This document shows positions 56,010-64,000 of a stretch of 64,000 nucleotides of DNA, piece after piece. This stretch comes from an uncultured Eubacteriales bacterium (GTDB taxonomy: Bacteria > Bacillota_I > Bacilli_A > RFN20 > CAG-288): assembly GCA_900316035.1 (NCBI GenBank), contig ONBI01000001.1, forward strand, positions 23,675 to 87,674, read 5' to 3'. The notes below the pieces were generated by a model. The model was given only the letters and a program-made list of their open reading frames with translations, did no database searches and was not told the origin of the DNA. Positions within the stretch are counted from its first letter, which is position 1; each line of letters begins with the position of its first letter. The position numbers were made by a program, and so were the translations under genes.

Positions 56010-59000
56010 TTAGAACAGAGTCATCTGATCGTCTTCCGGTAAACCTTCTAAGGCACCGAGTTTACGGAGAGTATCGACCATCTTATCACCGACTCTTCCT
56101 CTTTGTTTGAGGTCTTCGACCGAAGTGAACGGCGATTCTTTTCGGGCCGAGACAATCTGCTCTGCTAAGGAAGCACCGAGCGAGTTGACACAGGTAAGAG
56201 AAGGAATGACCTGATTCTTCTTTTCATCGATCGTGAAGTTGGTGGCTTCGGCGGTCATGACATTGAGAGGAGCAAAGGAGTAACCGCGATCATACATCTC
56301 AATCGTCTGTTCGTAAGCGTTGATGGTGGCTAGTTCGGTATTGGAAACCTGTAGACGATGGGCCTGTCTTTCTAAGATATCGTTTCTCTTCTTCAGGCAA
56401 GGCTCAATACCTTTCATCATCGTCTCAATATCGTAGGCATCGCAGCGCAGAGTGAAATAAGTGGCGTAATAAGCTAACGGCTTATGGACCTTGAACCAGG
56501 CGCAACGGATGCAGTTTGAGACATAAGCAACCGCGTGTCCCTTCGGGAACATGTAGGCGATCTTATGGCAGGATTCGATATACCATTCCGGAACGTTGTG
56601 TTCCCTCATGATCTGGTCATACTTGGCTTTCTTATCGTCATCGCCCGGTTTTCCGAAACGTCCCTTACGGGTGAATTCCATGATGGCGAAAGCGTCGGAG
56701 TTATCGACTCCGTACTTATCGTGAAGAACGGTCATGATATCATCACGGCAGGCGATGACATCCTTCAGTTTGAAGCCTTTCTGGGTGATGAGGTCCTCGG
56801 CGTTACCGGCGAAGACGTTCGTTCCATGGGATAGACCGGAGATGCGGACGAGGTCGGAGAAGGAACGGGGTTTCGTTTCCAATAAGACGCGACGGCCGTT
56901 TTCGGTACCGAATTCCGGTAAACCCAAAGCACCGGTCTCCTGCTGCAGAACATTCTTCTTCAGATGAAGAGCATCCGGAGACCAGAAAAGGGAATGGGCT
57001 TCCGGATCGGAGATCGGTATCTTCTCCTTCATATCCAGGAAGCTGAAGCCACAGAGGTCGCATTGCATACGGATTGCCTGAGGGTCGACGTGGCCGAGCA
57101 TATCGAACTTAAGAACATTATCGTGAATGGCGTGGAAGTCGTAATGGGTCGTCTTCCAAGAGGAATCGGCATCATCGGCAGGGTATTGAACCGGCGTGAA
57201 GTCTTCGGCTTCATAGCCTTTCGGGATGACGATGACACCACCCGGATGCTGGCCGGTCGAACGTTTGACATCGATACAGCCGGAAGCGATGCGGTCGATT
57301 TCGGCATCTCTGACTTTCGAAGTATCGATACCTAAAGACTCAAAATAGCCGAGCACGTAACCGCGTGCCTGCTTCTCCTGTGTCGTCTGAATCGTACCTG
57401 CTTTATAACAGGTATTGCCGGTCGCATTGAGAATCGTCTGCATATGCAGATGCGCGCGGCTTTGGAAATCCGACGGGAAGTTGAGATCGATATCCGGAAC
57501 CTTTTCGGCGTGGAAGCCTAGGAAGGTTGCAAACGGAATATTCTGTCCGTCTCCGATTAAATCATGTCCGCATTTTGGACATTTCTTCGCCGGCAGATCA
57601 AAACCGGAATCGTACTTGGTAAGGTCTGCCCATTCGAGATAATGGCAGTGCGGGCAACGGTAATGAGGAGGAAGAGCGTTGACTTCGGTGATACCGGTCA
57701 TCATAGCGACCAAAGAAGAACCGACGGAACCACGGGAACCGATCATGTAGCCTTCGGAGTTCGACCAACGGACGATTTCCGAAGAAAGCCAGTAAATGAC
57801 CGCGTAGCCGTTATCGATGATACCTTTTAACTCCGTATCGAGTCGGTCCTGAATGACCTGCGGAAGAGGATCTCCGTAGAGTTCATGAGCGGTCTTAAAG
57901 CAGAGGTCACGGAGTTTTTCATCTGCACCAGGGATGTACGGAGAATAGGTTCCATCCTTCAAAGGTTTGATACCTTCGGCGATGCTATCGGCGATCTTGT
58001 TGGTGTTGTCGATGACGATTTCTTCTTCTAACTTGGTATCGTTAAGATAAGCAAAGCATTGCATCATCTCATCGGTGGTTCTGAAGTGCTGGTCGGGATT
58101 CGGAAGCGGATGGGCATACCAGGCTTTCTTCTTTTCTTCGGAAGCGGAATCGTACGGAGCGAGATTGAGAGGATGACGGGCACCCTTCAATCCTTTCGAA
58201 GAGATGAAGACATCACGGAAGATCTTATCTTCCGGGTTGAGATAATGGCAGTCTCCTGTCGCAACAACGATCTTTCCTTGGTTTCTAGCGGTTTCAATCA
58301 GGTCTTTCTGAATGGCTTCCACTTCTTCTAAGGAGTGGAACATACCGGTATGGATCTGATAGATGTAGTTTTCCGGAGGCTGCACTTCGATGAAGTCGTA
58401 AGGCTTCATCACTTCCATCAAAGTTTCCTTCGACTTGGTCGTCGCTGTCTCCCAGACTTTGCCGTTGAAACAGGCCGAACCGAAGATCAGGTTCTGACGG
58501 TATTTTTCGAGTAAGGAAACGGGGACACGAGGGGTGCCATCTTTCGCAAGATACTCGGTGTTGGAAATAGAGATAATCTTATAAAGATTCTTAACACCGT
58601 CCTGATTCTGGATATAGGCAGTCACATGATAAGGATGTAGTCCGACCAGCATCTGTTTACTCACTGGAAGCAAAGCCAGTTGTTCATGCGTGAGGTCCGG
58701 ATTGGTCTCCGAAAGAGTCGAAAGCATGACGGAGAAGATCTTCGCAAGATGTCCGGCATCGTAGTTTGCACGGTGGGCGCCGGTCGAATCGAAGTCGACT
58801 TCGAGTTTACGGGCTAAGGATTCCTCGGTGTGGGAACGCATATCGGGGTAGAGGTAACGGGAAAGAGGAAGCGTATCGATGACCGGGTTCTTGATCGGCT
58901 CCATGCCGTTATTCTGCAGAGCTTCGTTTAAGAAGCCGTAATCGAAGGCAGCGTTATGGGCAACCAAAATCGAATCGCCGAAGAATTCGAGGATATCCTG

Positions 59001-60371
59001 TAAGGCTTTCTTGATCGGTTTACCGTTATCGACCTGTTCCTGACGGATGTGGGAAGTTTCCAAAGAGAAACGGGAAAGCTTCATATCCGGATTGATGAAG
59101 AAGTCGATATCATCGATGACTTCTCCGGAGGCGGTGACTTTGACTGCACCGAACTCGATAAGACGGTCATAACGGCAGCTGAGACCCGTGGTTTCGGTAT
59201 CGAAGACGACATAGGTTTCTTTCGATAAGTTCCGTTTGCACGAGTTATAGATATAAGTCAATTTATCGTCGACAACATAAAGTTCCGCGCCGTAGATGAT
59301 TTTGATACCGGCGGCTTTTGCGGCTTTCTGCGCTTCCGGGAAAGCCTGAACGACGCCGTGATCGCAGATAGCGAAAGCTTTGTGACCCCAACGTTTCGCA
59401 GTCATCGCATAGTCGGTGACGGAAGCTAAGCCATCGAAAGCCGACATCTTGGTGTGGGCGTGAAGCTCGACACGTTTTCTCGGATAGGTATCTTCTCTCT
59501 GCGGATCGGGAGGTAGTATCTCCATTTCATCGATAGAGATTTCGAGTTGATCGTGGTTGTACTGGTTGTGGAACGGTTTTCCTTTGACGCGGATTTTTGT
59601 TCCGACCGTATATTTCGCCATCTCTTCTAAGGTCATTCTCTTTCCTTCGAAAAGAGTCGAAGTGATCGAGTCAGAACCATCGGTATATTCGATCGGTTGG
59701 ATCGTCATACCTTTCTTGGTCTTACGGGCTTCTCCGAGCTTGAAGATCTTGCCTTCGACTAAGACCATGCGGTAGTTTTCGATATCCTTGAGCTTGCAGG
59801 GCTGATAGGTGGAATCAAGTTTGCGTTTCGCTTCGAATTTCCGTCCTACTTCTTCGCTCTTCTGGTGATAGGCTTCCTCTCGACGCTCCGCAAAATCATC
59901 GTCGTAATAGACTTTTTCCTGAATGAGAACATGATAGGAAGAAGAGATGGAATCGAGGAAATCGGTAAGACGGCGGGATTCCTCGTTGATATCCAGAGCG
60001 ACATCGGGGCTCTTGTAATAGAAAAGCAGCCTCTTCTCCTCCGGGAAGATGCGGCAATCGTCTAGCATCTGGGCAGAAGTAGAAGCTTTATATTCTTCTA
60101 AAAGTTTTTCGGCATCTGCTTCGGTTTCGTGGTCGTAAGCAAAAGAGATACGCATACCGAAACCGCCATGCGCCGTAAAAGCGGAGATGGTATCGAAGAA
60201 ATCGTTATAGACCGGAACCGAAAGATAGTGAGCAAGATGGATCTTGGCGGAGATTCGATTGTTCTCCTTATCGTTTGTCAGAGCAGCGAAAAAGCCACCC
60301 TCAAACGGTTTGATATCTTTGATTCCTACTTTGGTCAGAAAGCGAGATAGAAGATTGTCCATGAATTGCAC
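56010..60371 (-). CDS. polC: DNA polymerase III alpha subunit, PolC type
   Basis: 1453-aa ORF with the internal 3'-5' exonuclease motif VVFDTETTGL, a PHP domain and polymerase core. Gram-positive PolC length. Confidence 0.95.
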   Translation of the reverse strand: MQFMDNLLSRFLTKVGIKDIKPFEGGFFAALTNDKENNRISAKIHLAHYLSVPVYNDFFDTISAFTAHGGFGMRISFAYDHETEADAEKLLEEYKASTSAQMLDDCRIFPEEKRLLFYYKSPDVALDINEESRRLTDFLDSISSSYHVLIQEKVYYDDDFAERREEAYHQKSEEVGRKFEAKRKLDSTYQPCKLKDIENYRMVLVEGKIFKLGEARKTKKGMTIQPIEYTDGSDSITSTLFEGKRMTLEEMAKYTVGTKIRVKGKPFHNQYNHDQLEISIDEMEILPPDPQREDTYPRKRVELHAHTKMSAFDGLASVTDYAMTAKRWGHKAFAICDHGVVQAFPEAQKAAKAAGIKIIYGAELYVVDDKLTYIYNSCKRNLSKETYVVFDTETTGLSCRYDRLIEFGAVKVTASGEVIDDIDFFINPDMKLSRFSLETSHIRQEQVDNGKPIKKALQDILEFFGDSILVAHNAAFDYGFLNEALQNNGMEPIKNPVIDTLPLSRYLYPDMRSHTEESLARKLEVDFDSTGAHRANYDAGHLAKIFSVMLSTLSETNPDLTHEQLALLPVSKQMLVGLHPYHVTAYIQNQDGVKNLYKIISISNTEYLAKDGTPRVPVSLLEKYRQNLIFGSACFNGKVWETATTKSKETLMEVMKPYDFIEVQPPENYIYQIHTGMFHSLEEVEAIQKDLIETARNQGKIVVATGDCHYLNPEDKIFRDVFISSKGLKGARHPLNLAPYDSASEEKKKAWYAHPLPNPDQHFRTTDEMMQCFAYLNDTKLEEEIVIDNTNKIADSIAEGIKPLKDGTYSPYIPGADEKLRDLCFKTAHELYGDPLPQVIQDRLDTELKGIIDNGYAVIYWLSSEIVRWSNSEGYMIGSRGSVGSSLVAMMTGITEVNALPPHYRCPHCHYLEWADLTKYDSGFDLPAKKCPKCGHDLIGDGQNIPFATFLGFHAEKVPDIDLNFPSDFQSRAHLHMQTILNATGNTCYKAGTIQTTQEKQARGYVLGYFESLGIDTSKVRDAEIDRIASGCIDVKRSTGQHPGGVIVIPKGYEAEDFTPVQYPADDADSSWKTTHYDFHAIHDNVLKFDMLGHVDPQAIRMQCDLCGFSFLDMKEKIPISDPEAHSLFWSPDALHLKKNVLQQETGALGLPEFGTENGRRVLLETKPRSFSDLVRISGLSHGTNVFAGNAEDLITQKGFKLKDVIACRDDIMTVLHDKYGVDNSDAFAIMEFTRKGRFGKPGDDDKKAKYDQIMREHNVPEWYIESCHKIAYMFPKGHAVAYVSNCIRCAWFKVHKPLAYYATYFTLRCDAYDIETMMKGIEPCLKKRNDILERQAHRLQVSNTELATINAYEQTIEMYDRGYSFAPLNVMTAEATNFTIDEKKNQVIPSLTCVNSLGASLAEQIVSARKESPFTSVEDLKQRGRVGDKMVDTLRKLGALEGLPEDDQMTLF

Positions 60372-60453
60372 CCTCGAAGGTCTATTTTAGTGGGGAAAAG
60401 AAGTCAGTACAAGGAAAAGCAAGCAACTTCTTTTCTCACTCCGGCTTGTCGTT

Positions 60454-61992
60454 CTATTTCTTCTGAGGTAAAGCCTCTCTTCTCTTCTTCACTTCCGCAA
60501 CATAGAAAGCGTATTTCTTCTCATCCGTGAAGGAAACACAGAAGAGAGATAAAGCAGCAGCCACAATCATCAAAGCCAAAGGAAGGAAAGTGATAAGGGC
60601 GCGGTAGATGGTAAGATTCGAAGCGATATCACTAGCATGGATGGTGTTATTGATTTCGGCAATCAGATCATCGGAAGAACCCTGCGCTTCTAAAGAGGCA
60701 ACCTGCTGGTTGATCGACATAAGTCCCGAAGAAAGAAGCGTGAGATAGAAGACACCGGTCTGAACACCATTGGCGGTTTTGACACCGAAAGCTTTGATCG
60801 CCATCGTCGAAGCCGAGCGCTCCTTGCCAGTCTTATATTCGTAATATTCGGCTACGTTGAAGGAGTTCATGATATAGGACATATAGAGGAAACCATGGGT
60901 GAAAGCGATGAAGAAGATAAGGATGAATAAGAAGATTTCGTATCCTGCCTTGAAACCGAAGAAGAACAGGAGAACATATAAACCGATCTGAATTGTCGTA
61001 AAGAAGTTGATAAGTATCTTCTTACCGAATTTCGAGGCTACCGGCGTATAGAGGAATTCCGATATCGTGATACCGATTCCGTAGATGAGACAGAAGAAGA
61101 ACGAAACCGCTCCCCCAGGGAGCAAGGCATTTCCATACGGCTTAGCACCGAAAGATCCATAGCCGTATTCATAGTAGAAATAGGTAGAGGAATTCGAGAT
61201 CAGAATATCCTGCGCCAAGAAGGCACAGAAGAGACAGAAGACTTCGATAAAGACTTCTTTATCGGTGAAGAGAATCCGCATTCCTTCGTACCAGGGAGTC
61301 TTCTCTTTATGAAGTTCCCGCGGTTCTTTTCTTTCCTTCATCACAACGACATAGACCATCGAAGCAACGAAATAACCGACCACTAAGACAAGAGCTAAGA
61401 TTCTCAGATTCAGAGTGAGGTTTCCGTTAGCTAAAGCAGGAGAAAGAGCCGAGACCGTATAACCGCCTAAGGAAGTCATGACGTTAGTGATAGAGGAGAT
61501 ATGACTACGATGTTTTTCATCGTAACTGAGCTTATTGACGATAGACCAATAGCCGATATCGTTGATGGAATAAAGGCATTCTTCTAAGGTATAAAGAATC
61601 AGGAAGACGGTGACATACGTCCAGCCTTCAAAGAGAGGCGAGACAAAGAACATCAGAACGAAGGCAACCGTAGAGACAATCGCACCGATAAAGGTCATCG
61701 TACGATAGTTTCCTAAGCGGAAGTGGGCGTTCTCCAGCATATGGCTAGCCAGTGTCCAACAGAATCCCGCGAGGATCTTAGAGAAGATGAGAACTAAGGA
61801 GATGACGGTGAACATCGTCACATAATCCGTCGAACGGATGATCGGAGAGCAGAGCTGAACATAGAGCATCACATAGAAGGAGTTGAACTGGAAGAAGGCA
61901 TCGCGGAAAAGAGAAGTGAATTCAAAGGCTCTTGCCGTCGATTTCGGGCAGTCTTCACTATCGAATGTTTTGTTGACTAATTTCATTTCCAA
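60454..61992 (-). CDS. Multi-pass transporter, MFS/GPH-like
   Basis: 512-aa ORF with about 12 or more hydrophobic segments. No diagnostic motif was recognised by eye. Confidence 0.5.
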   Translation of the reverse strand: MEMKLVNKTFDSEDCPKSTARAFEFTSLFRDAFFQFNSFYVMLYVQLCSPIIRSTDYVTMFTVISLVLIFSKILAGFCWTLASHMLENAHFRLGNYRTMTFIGAIVSTVAFVLMFFVSPLFEGWTYVTVFLILYTLEECLYSINDIGYWSIVNKLSYDEKHRSHISSITNVMTSLGGYTVSALSPALANGNLTLNLRILALVLVVGYFVASMVYVVVMKERKEPRELHKEKTPWYEGMRILFTDKEVFIEVFCLFCAFLAQDILISNSSTYFYYEYGYGSFGAKPYGNALLPGGAVSFFFCLIYGIGITISEFLYTPVASKFGKKILINFFTTIQIGLYVLLFFFGFKAGYEIFLFILIFFIAFTHGFLYMSYIMNSFNVAEYYEYKTGKERSASTMAIKAFGVKTANGVQTGVFYLTLLSSGLMSINQQVASLEAQGSSDDLIAEINNTIHASDIASNLTIYRALITFLPLALMIVAAALSLFCVSFTDEKKYAFYVAEVKKRREALPQKK

Positions 61993-62157
61993 GTTCCCTC
62001 CAAAAGCGTGTGGGAGAATAAAGACAATCTATTATAAATAGAAAAGGAAAGTTTGTAAGAGGAGCCGAGATAAATTCCGAAGCAGAGTAGAAGGTTAGGG
62101 AGAAGAAAATACAAAGTTCTTCCTTGAAAAATCGGCTTTTTGACGTACAATCTCTTT

Positions 62158-62230
62158 GCTTAAGGGAGTAGATTGCCTCACTAGGCGGAAGCGTTCGTCA
62201 AGTCGACAGACGATTGTCCGGACCTTCCTG
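62158..62230 (+). ncRNA. Candidate yybP-ykoY-like (Mn2+/Ca2+) riboswitch aptamer
   Basis: The 5' AAGGGAGUAG and 3' GGACCUUCC resemble the conserved GGGGAGUAG ... GACCUUUCC ends and P1 pairing of the family. Internal hairpins are gcct/aggc and tcgtc/gacga. It is shorter than typical members. Confidence 0.4.
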
Positions 62231-62288
62231 AAAAATCAAGACTTAAGCATGGAATGACCATGCTTGTCTTGTATCAAGAGAATCACGA

Positions 62289-62324
62289 GAACAAGTATGG
62301 CATAAGTACTTGTTCTTTTCTTTT
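62289..62324 (+). terminator. Intrinsic terminator in the ATPase leader (putative expression platform)
   Basis: Stem gaacaagta / tacttgttc followed by ttttctttt, 16 nt before the ATG at 62341. A 14-bp hairpin at 62237..62271 lies upstream. Confidence 0.6.
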
Positions 62325-62340
62325 GCGCAAGGAGGCAATC

Positions 62341-64000
62341 ATGGAAGAAAAAAGGAACGAAGAACTATCCGTCAAGGAAGTCGAAGAAAAAGAAAGGACT
62401 TCGATCGAAAAAGGTCTATCCGAAGAAGAAGCCAAAGCTAGACAAGCAAAGTATGGAAAGAATGCGTTAGCCGAGAAAAAGAAGAAGAACGTCATTCAGA
62501 TCTTCTTCTCTCAGCTTAACGATCCTCTCATCTATGTTCTCTTCGCGGCCGTCGCTTTGACAATCGGTGTCTCTATCTACGATACCGTCAAAGCCTTGAA
62601 CGAAGGGTTAGCCTTCAACTTCTTAGAAACCGGGGATTGGCCCGATGTCATCATCATCTTCGCGGTCATCCTTCTCAATGCTCTCATCGGTACCATCCAG
62701 GAAAAGAAAGCGCAGACTTCTCTTGAAGCTCTGAAAAAGATGTCGAGTCCGGAGTCCACGGTCTTAAGAGACGGAAAGAGAAAGAGAATCAAATCCGAAG
62801 ACTTGGTTCCCGGCGATATCGTCTACCTGGAAGAAGGGGATACCGTCGGTGCTGATCTCCGTCTCGTGGAATCCGTCAACCTCAAAATAGATGAGTCTTC
62901 TCTAACTGGCGAATCGGTTCCTGTCGAAAAAGATGCTTCCCGTGTCTTTGACCATGAAGTCGGCATCGGAGACAAAGTGAACTGTGCCTACATGTCGACT
63001 ACCGTCACCTATGGAAGAGGTATCGGTATCGTCAGCAAGACCGGTATGTCGACCGAAATCGGTAAGATCGCCAACTCCTTAGATAGCGAACCCGATGATC
63101 CGACTCCGCTTCAGAAGTCATTAGCCAAACTTTCGAAGTCTCTAGGTCTTATCACTCTCTTCATCGTCATCGCGGTCTTCTTAGTCAACCTCATCTGGAT
63201 TTTTGTCGATGGCAAGAACACCCAGGTCGAAAGCTATATTGAAGCCTTGCTTTCTTCTATTTCTTTAGCCGTTGCGGCGGTTCCGGAAGGCTTAGCCGCT
63301 ATCGTCACGATTGTCTTATCGATTGGTGTTCAGAAGATGGTCAAAGCCAATACGATTGTCCGTAAATTACCTTCGGTCGAAACTCTCGGCGCGGTCTCGG
63401 TCATCTGTTCCGATAAGACCGGAACGCTCACCCAGAACAAGATGACGGTTGTCAAAGCCTATACGGATTTCAAAGAGATCGATGCTCCTGAGTTCTCTCC
63501 GAAAACAAAGAATCCGGATCTTCTCACGTTAGCGAAAGGCATGTCGCTCTGCTCTAACGCTACGGTCGATGAAGGTCTATACGGCGATCCTACCGAAATC
63601 GCCTTGGTCGCTTTTGCCAATGCTTTCGATATGCATAAGAAGGATCTGGAAGCTTCTTCTCCCCGTATCGAAGAACTTCCTTTCGATTCCGTCCGCAAGA
63701 TGATGTCGACCTTACATCAGGATGGAGAAAAGAAGGTTCTCTATACCAAAGGTGCCTTGGATTCGATCCTTGCTCATACCGATCGTATCTTAGTCGATGG
63801 ACAGGTAAGAGAAATCACAAAAGAAGATATCGAAAGAATCAATCAGCAGAATAGCCGTTTCTCCGAAGAAGCGCTCCGCGTCTTAGCTCTTGCCTATGGA
63901 GACGAAGGAAAGATCGAAGAAAATCATCTTATCTTCGTCGGCCTTGTCGCAATGATCGATCCGGCAAGACCGGAAGCAAAACAGGCGGTTGCAAAACTCA
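62341..64000 (+). CDS. P-type cation-transporting ATPase (type IIA, Ca2+/Mn2+-like), 5' part; runs off the right edge
   Basis: ATG at 62341 after RBS aaggagg. My translation is MEEKRNEELSVKEVEEKERTSIEKGLSEEEAKARQAKYGKNAL..., then DESSLTGESVPVEK and ICSDKTGTLTQNKM phosphorylation site. Absent from the ORF track because no stop occurs in the window. Confidence 0.9.
   Translation, partial: MEEKRNEELSVKEVEEKERTSIEKGLSEEEAKARQAKYGKNALAEKKKKNVIQIFFSQLNDPLIYVLFAAVALTIGVSIYDTVKALNEGLAFNFLETGDWPDVIIIFAVILLNALIGTIQEKKAQTSLEALKKMSSPESTVLRDGKRKRIKSEDLVPGDIVYLEEGDTVGADLRLVESVNLKIDESSLTGESVPVEKDASRVFDHEVGIGDKVNCAYMSTTVTYGRGIGIVSKTGMSTEIGKIANSLDSEPDDPTPLQKSLAKLSKSLGLITLFIVIAVFLVNLIWIFVDGKNTQVESYIEALLSSISLAVAAVPEGLAAIVTIVLSIGVQKMVKANTIVRKLPSVETLGAVSVICSDKTGTLTQNKMTVVKAYTDFKEIDAPEFSPKTKNPDLLTLAKGMSLCSNATVDEGLYGDPTEIALVAFANAFDMHKKDLEASSPRIEELPFDSVRKMMSTLHQDGEKKVLYTKGALDSILAHTDRILVDGQVREITKEDIERINQQNSRFSEEALRVLALAYGDEGKIEENHLIFVGLVAMIDPARPEAKQAVAKL

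Noticed and set aside
1-64000. CRISPR arrays, tRNA/rRNA genes, prophage or retron-like elements
   Set aside because: I found no spaced direct-repeat array, cloverleaf-capable intergenic segment, rRNA-like stretch, reverse transcriptase or phage structural ORF in any gap or frame.

Overview
This 64-kb window comes from a PolC-type (Bacillota-like) genome that uses the standard genetic code; TGA serves as a stop and long ORFs stay intact. Most of it is ordinary chromosome. Identified genes include a hexuronate/pectin-type cluster (SGNH esterase, KdgK-like kinase, deacetylase, SDR), glycogen genes glgC-glgD-glgA, and a large EAL/degenerate-GGDEF protein. Further along are ftsK with two M16-like genes, pullulanase and plsC, then galK-galT, gltX, recX-yhaM, tsaE-tsaB-rimI-tsaD, asnS, a type III glutamine synthetase, polC and a P-type ATPase. 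I saw no rRNA, tRNA or CRISPR array. The accessory part lies at about 12.7-24.9 kb. It holds a truncated Abi-like gene, two different IS1595-family elements (one intact, one frameshifted with an 8-bp target duplication) and a translationally coupled three-gene SMC-like operon. It also holds a divergent membrane acyltransferase/acyl-AMP ligase pair and an IS30 transposase remnant. The best candidate for an unusual system is the SMC-like operon at 16053..21769. It has JetA/JetB/JetC (MksF/E/B) architecture, but no JetD/Toprim nuclease gene follows it; an intrinsic terminator sits directly after the ATPase gene. A second notable element is a possible yybP-ykoY-like (Mn2+/Ca2+) riboswitch plus terminator ahead of the P-type ATPase. 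All family assignments rest on motifs, sizes and gene order read by eye; no searches were run.
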